Part shown: positions 54,367 to 64,000 of the stretch, piece after piece
Layout of the letters: every line of letters starts with the position of its first letter
How positions within the stretch are numbered: position 1 is the first letter of the stretch
DNA from: Kudoa neothunni
Taxonomy: Eukaryota; Animalia; Cnidaria
Length of the DNA stretch: 64,000 nt
Assembly (NCBI GenBank): GCA_964304625.1
Contig: OZ199838.1
Coordinates: forward strand, 8,479,704-8,543,703
Direction of reading: 5' to 3'
Position numbers and translations under genes: made by a program
Notes under the pieces: model-generated
Database searches by the model: none
Seen by the model: the letters and a program-made list of their open reading frames with translations, nothing else
Told to the model about the DNA's origin: nothing

Positions 54367-55047
54367 CAGGGCTGCCAGTGGTGTTTAAAAAAAGCCCATG
54401 GATGGACGGTCAAAAAACCCAAGGTCGAGAAAAACACTACTTTAAAGTAAAAAAAATAGAATCATCTATGAAAGTTTTTAACCTTCCGATTCAATAATTA
54501 CGTCTTCAGACATAAATTTTAATTTATCGTAGTATGATTGCCATGTTTTGGCACGAACACCCACTCATAATTGTCTTGCGTAGATCAATTTACTCACAAT
54601 TAATTGCTTCATAATTCAAAATATATTTTGAAATAACGCTTAAATTTTCTAATAATGCACTGTCGTTTGATATCGCAAATGCTTAAACCCTGCATGACAG
54701 TGGTTCCCAACGGAAGGTTCCCGCACCCCTATGGGTGTGAACTGTGGGCTTAGGAGGTGAGAGATTCGATAACAACGGAAAATAATTTTTCAGAAATTTT
54801 GATTCGGTTACACCTTATCGTATGCAAGCGGGTGCGAACTTCGTTTTGTCATCAAATGTGGGTGCGAGTCTAATTTTAGTTGGGAAACGCTCCTGCATGA
54901 TATAATCTGAATAGGATACGTCATTAAAAATATAAATATTAATGCCGCACAACAAAACTTTTGTTATTCTTTAATGTCTGCCGGGTTTCAATAAAAACCC
55001 AAGATTTTGTATTAAATGAAAAAAACCTCCAATCCCTGGTAGTCCTG
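54367..55047. mobile_element. hAT MITE, family of 5813-6330, inverted
   Basis: CAGGGCTGCCAG...CTGGTAGTCCTG with perfect 8-bp TSD ATGGAAAG. Confidence 0.9.
54698..54892. mobile_element. 195-bp Charlie/Buster-type hAT MITE nested in the previous MITE
   Basis: CAGTGGTTCCCAAC...GTTGGGAAACGCTC with perfect 8-bp TSD CTGCATGA. Confidence 0.9.
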
Positions 55048-55274
55048 ATGGAAAGTGACACTATCGAAAAATGAATAAAAACCAACAATATCATTCTAAT
55101 GAGCCACGAAAATTAACAAATGATTTATGACAGATTTTCAAGTAATAAAATTATTGCAGGAAATAAAAATTTGGTTGAAATTATTCACCAAAACTTCTCA
55201 AATAATACATAAGCAATAATGTCGGAATAAACTCCAAAGTATAATGGTAAATGGTCGCATAGGAAGGATAATAT

Positions 55275-57369
55275 TTAAAGCAATACAAAGTCATGCATCT
55301 GAATAACAATGAAAATGGATAAACCAAAACAACAATAAGAATAAGAATAACCTATCAAAAATAAGAACTAACTCTTAATTTGTGAGTTCATAAAACCGTT
55401 ACCAATACCTAAAAATAACTGTCTATTAGAATAAAGTAAACCATCTGATATCAATAATGAAAATTACAAAATAATTTCGGCTACTCAACGATCGATGTGA
55501 TGAGGAGCCAGCTGTGAGATAATCGAATCCATATTTGGAAACAAAGATTCGAATGGATGGTCCCATAGATATCGTGGGATGAATTTATCATCGAAACCAA
55601 TAGTTTCGAGTTGAAATGGCGGGATTTTCTTGCGATAAACCAGAACGCAGAAGTTCAAGATGAATGGTCCATGGAGTAGATTGTTATAGATAGCGTTGAT
55701 GCATTGAAAGAGCTCAGTCAGTTGTTGTGAGGAGAAATGATCACAATAATGAACATTTTTCGCGTTATGCAAGTCGATTGTATTGTGTTGTTGGAATAGT
55801 TGTTTGTTGAGTTCTGTAAGTAGAATATATACAACAGAGTGCAAAAATCCCATCCTTACCTCTAGTTAGTTGCACATCTGAAGAATGATGTGGAACAGTG
55901 ACATGTTTTCGCATCAACGTATCAAATTCGGTCAATCTGTCAACCCATTCAGCGAAATTAGTCCCCAACGATGATGGAAGCATAGCGTGGAAATGTTTGT
56001 CCAATGACATTAAAATATATTCCACATCAACAAGTACGCACATAAATCTTGCGTATAATTTGCTGAGTTGTGGAAATATAGTGTAGGGTATCGGATTGAA
56101 TGAGTAGTCATAGTTTGGTTTGGATGGATTTCTCGATCCGGGTATAACTTTGAAAATATTCTCAATAGCAACTAGTTGATATCTCAGTAATTTCCTGCAT
56201 AAGCTAACCTTTTTTTCAATTTTATCACAGAGATTCGCGTGTTCTGACGAAATGGCTTTTTGATGATAACTTTGACGCCATATTTCTTTACAAATATTTT
56301 TGAATGAGGTGTCATCTGACGAACCATTCGAAGTTGGATGGAATTTTGTTACTATCCTATCCATTGAAGATTTTTTCAATTGTGAGGATAATTTGGATTG
56401 ATCGAAAATCGAACAACAGTCCGCATCTCCTAAACTATTTGCAATCGAATCGAAAACTCTCAGACGACAACAACTGATATTGATCTGTTCATTATAACCA
56501 ATATATTTAAGTGGTTGATTATTGCAACATAAGTCACACATCTCAGCTGATGGAAAACGATTGAGATTTTGGTTCTGAGACAAACTCGAACAACCTTCTG
56601 ATATGATATGAGGTTTGGAGGTGATAATGGTTGGAGAGATTTTTGCAATATTGTAATGTAAATTTGGATTTGATGAAGACGGTATCTCAGCTATCGGCCA
56701 TATGTAATTTAGAGATTCGCTTCTTTCGGGGGGTTTGACTAAATCGTCTGTGCTAGAATGGCTGCTATCGTTGGCTTCATTGCTCACATTCGACATAACG
56801 TTGTTTCGAAAAATGCAATTTTCCAACTGTTTATAGCTGTTTTTTTGTTCGAATGCGTGTGTTAGTAACTTCTTAGCATCTTCTTCGACCGCCTAAATAT
56901 GTTCATTGTTATTTTCTATCAGTTAGTTATAACTTATGAATGTGTCATGGAAGTTAATAATGTATATTAGGAACAATTTAATAGCTATTTCGTTAGTAGT
57001 TGGGAAAAATGTGCAATGACACACCAATGGATACAAACTATTAGTACAGTAACAAAATTTTCAGTCTAAATTGCACTAACCCATCCCAAAGATAAACATA
57101 TACACGTGTTGGTTATCATTGCTCAATTAATCACACATAAATAAAGATGGCATAATTACCTGGGAATATTTTGGTGTGGTTTTGTCTACGTCGTGAGAAA
57201 TAGCATCATCAATAGAGCAATCATTCGGATGACCCATTTTAAACGTAGTCTGTGTGAGTGAATTATCCAGAGCGGAATCCTGAATTTAATATGGATTTGA
57301 AAACCGAATAAGTGAGCTTCAAATTACTATGCTACCAACTTCATCTTCCAAAGAAGTTTTGCTAACCAT
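55275..57369 (-). CDS. Hypothetical multi-exon protein (~530 aa) with a hydrophobic C-terminus
   Basis: ATG at 57369; exons join in frame through GT-AG introns into a ~1-kb exon (56893-55860) and a ~320-nt exon. The last exons and stop are uncertain, and no family was recognised. Confidence 0.7.
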
Positions 57370-57795
57370 TTCACGAGCAATCAGCCTCCACTATATTAGC
57401 CGCTATATGCGAATTATTAATCTGGTCGTTAAATTCTTAGATATACTAAATTCTCTGTAGCGGTAGAATTCACTTAGCAACTTCATATTACATTGTAATT
57501 TTAAATTTATTTTCAATTCACCATAGAAGCTAGATTAAGAGGAAAACAAACGCAACACACTTTCAAAGTCTATCTGAGATATAATCCGTTAAGTAACTTC
57601 TAAATGTTGACACATGAAAGGAATTAAAATGGATCCCATTATCTTATTATTTTTTTTTTTGGAAAAAACAAAAAATTTATCTCCAGAATTTATAACTAAC
57701 ATAGTTATAGTTCTAAAGCAAAATTTAATTTTTTCGATACGGGCTCACGCCGACGACCTATTACGCTGTATTCCGATCAATAAAACGTGGATAAA

Positions 57796-58561
57796 ATGAC
57801 CGAAGTAGTTCAAAATGATGCCATTCCTGATAACACTGCTAAAGTTGAGGGTACCAAACTAAACTGATTACATTTTTAGGAATTTTTCCCACAATAGATG
57901 TGATAGATGAATCTGAATTGCAGAACCAAGTCCAAGATCTATCTTCTCGTATGAAGGAAGCAGAAATGGATGCAAGCCATCACAAATCAAATCGTGCTGA
58001 GAAAAAAGCAAAAAAAGCTCTCCTAAAATTAGGACTTGTTCCAGTGCCTGGTATTCAGCGAATTATGTTGAAAAGATCGAAGAATGTTTTCTTTACCATC
58101 GCTTCCCCCGATGTATATAAATCTCCTACATCTAACACCTATGTTGTATTTGGTGAAGCTAAGTAGAACTTTTGGCGTTTTCCCTTTGTTTTATTAGTTG
58201 CAGAGTGGTGACCTATCTCTTCCAAATTTTGGTGCTGAAAAGCCACAAAATACAACCTTAACAAAAGACGACAATCTCCTTGCTGCTCAGACCGAAAAAC
58301 TTGCCGATACTACTTCAACCGGTCTTCCTGTAATTGTTAAATTTGTTTGGTGAACTCTAATTTTTAACTAGGAGGATAATGATGCTGATGGTCTCGATGA
58401 AACTGACATCGAAATGATCATCAATCAAGCCAACTGTAATAGAGGTCAGGCAATTGCTGCACTTAAGAGTGTTAATGGTGATATTGTTGAAGCTATCCTG
58501 GTAACTTTTTTGTACTGATAATAAATTATTATTGTTTACATAGAAACTATCAGGGAAGTGA
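57796..58561 (+). CDS. NACA: Nascent polypeptide-associated complex alpha subunit, 5 exons
   Basis: NAC domain [17 protein letters not shown]...[19 protein letters not shown] and UBA-like tail [32 protein letters not shown]. The junction after GEAK appears one base short. Confidence 0.95.
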
Positions 58562-59733
58562 GTAATGAAGCACCATTACAACGCAATTTATTTTAAATCA
58601 AAAATTTCGTAGGCCTGAGATACATGATGTGCTAAATTTTGTCCTTTACATTAGTAGTTGTTTTTTCCATTTTTCCTCTAGCGCAAAATTCTCGTTATTT
58701 TAGCTATCATTAATCTCATTTTAAACTTTTCAAGTGATATTATATCATTGCGAGTGATCAAAAAACAATTTTTTTTCTTTCTCGGTTTAGTATCTAAAAT
58801 TCCGGTTCCTTCCGCGTTGAAAGTTTATTCCTTTGTTGTTCGTACAAAACGTTCGTTTGGTTATTGGAGCGTATATCTTGCGTTGGCTTTAATGTCGCCC
58901 GTTTAAATGGAAATGATAGTTGTTATATTATGAAACTTTAATAAATATGTAAGGTTATTTCAATGAAATGTAAATATTGGATAATTTTGAGGGATAGTGA
59001 TCATCTACCATCACATATATGATGATGTCTTCAGTTTCAATAGTTCTCAAACTGCATTTAGATTGAACAATCTTTTAATCTTAGTTGGGTAAAAATAAAG
59101 AAATATCTTGGCACCGCAAAACTGAGCATATCTCGAGTTTAATACACTTTAGAAAAAACTGAATTATAATTATACGCATTTTTTGCAGATGGAATTTACG
59201 AATGCTATATTTTTATCATTTTGTTTAATAATTTTCACACTAAATTAATCTTATCAATAATACATGAAGTGGATGTTTTTTAACATTTAATCCCTAAAAA
59301 TATTAAATTGATCGGCAAATGCCGTGCTCATTGTATCAGTTTTACATACGTTGAGTTGTTAAACTCCAAAAAAATTCATTGTAAAATTCAAATATATTTA
59401 TGTAATTCTTTCGGTAAATTATTATAGAAAGTTTTCAATAGTATTCTGTGTTTGTTTTTGGTCGAATATAAAATACGTCAATGTGATTTATAGCTGGAGC
59501 ATATTGATATTGACGAGAAGTTAGCAAGTATTTTTTATGGAGAGTTGAAAAATCAGAAGCTACTAGAATGTGGACAAAAAATCATAACATAAAGTTTTTA
59601 ATACAACAAATGATCAATTCCCATATTGTCTAAAGTTTTCATTTATTTTCTAAAACAGCTTTACTTTCTTGAGGGTATTAATGCATTCCTCAAATTAATT
59701 GATGCTTTCTTAATTCTAAAAAGAATATTAATA

Positions 59734-60159
59734 CAGTCAGCGACCGGTTTTTATGCACTGTTTTTGGAACGTTTTTCAAAAAATGGATAAATTTTGTTTA
59801 ATATTCGGAAGAATTAAACGAAATGAAAAAAAAAACAATCAAAACATGAAATAATAAAATACGCCCACAATAGCTCCCCAAAAAGCTGCCGATTTTGTTA
59901 CTATAAAGAATCAGACATTTCCTTCATATCCAACCCTTATGAAACTTAAAAAAACAAAAATAAATTGGGTTAAATGATTGAACACAAACCGATTATTGTT
60001 TTTCACTTGCGAATTTTTTGTGACCAAAATAACTAATTATTTTATTTCTAAGTGAAAAAAAATTATTTGTTTCTTAAATATATGCGATTCAATGATACTA
60101 AATAGCTATGTATATTAATATACGCGCGCCGAAAAGTGCGTAAAACCGATCACTGACTG
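59734..60159. mobile_element. Tc1/mariner-superfamily MITE, 426 bp
   Basis: TA TSD; TIRs CAGTCAG(C/T)GA(C/T)CGGTTTT. Confidence 0.85.
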
Positions 60160-60397
60160 TATATGCGACATAATCAAGTACCGCACGCCGCCAGTTTCAT
60201 TTTGAACTTGAAATATTGTAATAAAGTTGCCACATTTTTTATATTCAAGTTTAATAAGTAATGTTAAATTTACAATTAGAAGCACGATAAATGTTTAATT
60301 CCACCAAGAATATTTTGATTATTTGAGGGAGCGATGCGTAGAAGGGTGTTTTTTAGGTGCCACATCCTACCCTATTACCGCATAATCTACTATCTAC

Positions 60398-63300
60398 CAG
60401 GGTGGCACAAGATTCAATAAAATTTGTCCACGACCGACCTTAGATAATCCATATAGAAACAGCCTGCGAGCGCACAATCTTCAAAATACTTTCATGCATT
60501 TCATTTTATTCAACAACTGTTATAATGATCCAGAGGAGTTATAATCTCTGAGAAAAATTAACTTATCAAAATGACTTGGGCTTTAAGCGATTATAGATTT
60601 TTTGCAACGTTAATCCAACCCTTGAGGCATGTCTTTTACATTCCGTAGAACTCACAGGGATGGAATAAATTGACCTCGCTAGATGTTTGAGGTTAGGGTG
60701 AGCGCAAAAAAGTATCAATAGTAACCGTGAGTCTTCTTTTTGGAAAAAGCCTAGGTTAACGTAGAAGGGAATCAGCGAAGGTATTATTAACTTGTATTTT
60801 TAAATTTTTAATTTCGAAAAAATCTAAAATTATGCAAAATATATTACAGTAGGTAACCGATTTTCCGTGATCCCTTTGGGACCATGGGGAAAAGTTACTG
60901 TAAATGCGCACGCAAATATAAATAAAATATGTATCTGTTTTAAAGAAATTAATTTCATTTATACATGTATCTCCTTTTATTGAAATAATATGTTATTTTT
61001 ATTCATATTTTTAAAGACGTATGTCGTAATTTTATCATCTTAACTCATTTTTTTGTCTAAATAATCAATCTCCCTCTCGGTCGTATATTTATTCTACCAC
61101 TCCTAAATCTTCAGTTCCAGAATCCGCAGATTCAATAATCAGAGGAGCAAACTCGCCAAAGCGTTTTGATGTAGGTATAATGACTTCCTCTTGAATATTC
61201 TCGGAATTTCCAGCTGAGAATTCTTTATTGCTCAAATTAATATTTAATGAACGCTCGTATTTATCGGCTGCAGGAAAATCATATTTTCTGAGTCAGTTAA
61301 ATACAATATCCTTTGAAACGCCGTCCCATTATTTATAATTTGGAACAATGTTATAAGCGAACCTTGGTAGGATGTATTTATATCACTGCTAACTGCAGCA
61401 ATATGGCTTTCTATTAAATTATTTTTGTAATTTTTTTTGAATAAAGAAAGATTCCATGAACTATTAATTGCAAACCATTAGTTGAATTTTTTGCAAGGAA
61501 TATAAGAGAGATATTGGACAAATAAATTTCGGCTTGACAAGTGGCATTATTAAGAAGTATTAAACTTTCTTGTACTTTGGTTTGAGTAAATTGTCAAAAT
61601 TAGAAAAATATTTGTTAATGTTTCCCTAGTCATCCATTCTTTCCTGTTTTATTTAGTATTTTAAAACAACATGGTTTTTGTGATTTCCAATCACAAGAGA
61701 TTCAATGCAACCTCCAGGCGTAGATGCACGTCTCAAACAGTAACTATATTTTAGATTTTTTTTTCTCTCGATGAAACAGCATTAAAAATAATGGAACTCT
61801 TTATTTCTACTAAGATAATGCAGTTTCGTCATGGGTTATAGATACAGCCATCGTTGTTACCTTTGACTTAGTCACTCAATTTAGGCTACTAATTTTCTAC
61901 AAAACTTTAGTCAACATAAGCAGCATCACCATGGGCAGTGATATTTTTAAATTAAATCGTGATTTAAAACTACAAAACATTCATGGATCGTTACTACACT
62001 TGGGTTCAATTATTTTGTCAATTGGTTTGTTTCATGTATGATATCATGATCAGATAGTTCAATTTTTTATCTTAAATAATTCACCTAGTCATATACTATA
62101 GTATCGATGTCGTTATTTGAACACTGTCTAAAATTTTGTCTCTCTGAAGAAGCTAAGCCAGTTTATAAGATAAAACTATATCTTTCTTCCTAATCAAGAT
62201 GATATCAGAGTAGAAATAGGAAAGAGCTTAAATTTACTAAAAGTAGTATTTTTCCACTCCTGCTTAGTATACTTTAAAAAAATCAAAAAATTTATATTTA
62301 TATTTATATTTTAGTTTTATTATTTCCTTATTTTTAACTTTTTCAGACATTACAAATGTAAATAAAGGCACACCACTAAATCCGCCTAGAGCTGAAAAGT
62401 TACGGGAAATCGGTTAAGCGATAATACTGTGAACATTCTCACTTTTAAATGTTCAATTTTTAAAATTTTTGTAAATTATTATTTTAAAACTAAAACTAAA
62501 AATAAAAATAAATAAAATAAAATTTATGGTTTAAAATATTAAAACAGTATTCTAATGGAATAAAGTCCGAAGTTACCGACAATCGGTTACCTACTGTAAT
62601 AACTTGGCATAGCCATCCTTTCATTCCATATCTCATAAACATCAATTTTTTGATAAAATGATCCATATTCCACCCCAGATAAAATATTTATTTTATCCAA
62701 GCTGATCTGCAGTTCGTGAAGAATGGTAATCATTGACCATAAAATCTGCAGTCGTCTCTTCAACTAGTTCTTGTAGTCTGTGCTATGTTTAATTTAAGGC
62801 TTCGTAACCTGTTCAGCGCTCATCTGTCTGTTTTAAAATTGGACATTTATGGAAATTTTGATAGCATATTTAAATATAGTGTGAGATTTGTAAATGCAGT
62901 CGTTCTATTTAATGAGTGAGATGTTTTCCCAATGATGGAGATCGGCACCATTTGTGTTCTCAACTAACCCAATATTCTTTTCTGCAAGAAACTTACGTAA
63001 ATTTTTTAAATTGCATTATTTTGAATTTTAATCTAAACAATCGGAACACTTAGGGCTGGGCATTATTTCCGCGTGTCTCAACGTCCGCTCGGACACATTA
63101 ACAAAGCTTGTCCGACTAGCTTTTGTCCTAATCCAATTTAATGTTGTTCGTTTGCGGATTAATTTATTTTCACAAACTATGGCAAGTAAAAGTAAGTTAT
63201 CCTCATGTAACAAATGATCCGCATAGTTTGCGTATATCAATTTGTTAATATTGGTGTAAAATTTTTTGCGTGTTGATTTTCTAATTGAACAATTTAATAC
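60398..63300 (-). mobile_element. Highly decayed hAT (Ac/hobo-like) transposon interrupted by a Tigger element
   Basis: TIR-like CAGGGTGGCACA at 60398; dimerisation-domain remnant HPNLKHLARSIYSIPVSSTECKR...NRLKPK at ~60570-60700. Continuation beyond 62600 is tentative. Confidence 0.6.
60847..62596 (-). mobile_element. Degraded pogo/Tigger element, copy 2
   Basis: TA TSD; TIR CAGTAGGTAACCGATT; inverted homolog of 14613-16167 with an extra ~230-bp 5' segment. Confidence 0.9.
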
Positions 63301-64000
63301 ACACGGTTACTACCAATTGGTGCGTGAGAAGCTAATTTATTATAATCGACTGTATTTGATTATATTTATTAAATTGAAAAGTATGAGAAAATCAAGTTAG
63401 AAGTATAACCAAAAATGCATTCACCTGTACATTATTTATAAACAACAATAACCTCTTATACCATCTACGAAAAATATCTTATTACTTGGCACATTATCCA
63501 CAATATTTTTGTAACTCGGTATGCTACCGAAAAATGACTTTTCATTGAAATCTCAACATTGAGTTCTGAAAAGTAATAAGACGATCTAAATATACCTAAT
63601 CCATTCTGAGGCTTCCGAAAGGTAAACAAGGTTGCTTGTCATTGTAGCTGTCTGGGCGAGGTCATGTTTCTATTCCATTTCAACTAATTTAAATTTTTAA
63701 TTAATTGGATTTAATATTTTGGTTTTATTACTCACCCTTATCTCTTACAGGCGTTAGCATTCAAAATCTCATTAAATTGGAGGTAGCTGGCCCACTTGGA
63801 CGTGCTCACGATTAACATTAAAAATTATGTTTTAATTGACCTATGTATAGTGTGGCATTATGTCAGAAGATGTGCTGAGTTAATTAAATAAAAATTTGAA
63901 GCTTGAAGGGCCGCATTATTGATTACGCGTTTTTTTTGATAATTGGAATACCTGTTGATGGCTTTTCTAACATGTTTGGTACAATAAAATAAGTAAATAT

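Noticed and set aside
55180-55360. KASH-domain C-terminus for the orphan gene
   Set aside because: No frame ends in a PPPX-type motif followed by a stop.
57060-57130. Possible C/D-box snoRNA in the ~270-nt intron of the orphan gene (ATGATA...CTGA on the minus strand)
   Set aside because: The C box is degenerate, there is no convincing terminal stem, and I could not identify an rRNA guide.

Overview
This is AT-rich eukaryotic (animal) genomic DNA, not a prokaryotic window. Six host genes with many very short GT-AG introns (mostly about 36-60 nt) sit as islands in a dense, nested mass of DNA transposons: ACTL6/BAF53, CCDC47, DDX23/PRP28, a membrane-anchored histidine acid phosphatase, an unidentified gene and NACA. 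Seven class II groups are recognisable (Merlin/IS1595-like, hAT, pogo/Tigger, Tc1/IS630-like, piggyBac, Mutator, Helitron), and I saw no retrotransposon. The divergent proteins, tiny introns and animal-type intron positions suggest a fast-evolving reduced parasite such as a myxozoan or orthonectid; this is inference only. Main points: (1) a near-intact piggyBac transposase that appears to carry two host-type spliceosomal introns; (2) a three-level nest (Tc1-like in Helitron in piggyBac) whose junctions restore cleanly; (3) a young Tc1/IS630-like transposase with unusual DD32E spacing; (4) a non-autonomous Helitron family with unidentified cargo and a doubled 3' end; (5) three piggyBacs stacked end to end at TTAA sites; (6) five homopolymer frameshifts in DDX23, most likely assembly errors. 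All exon structures and boundaries were read by eye and no searches were run.
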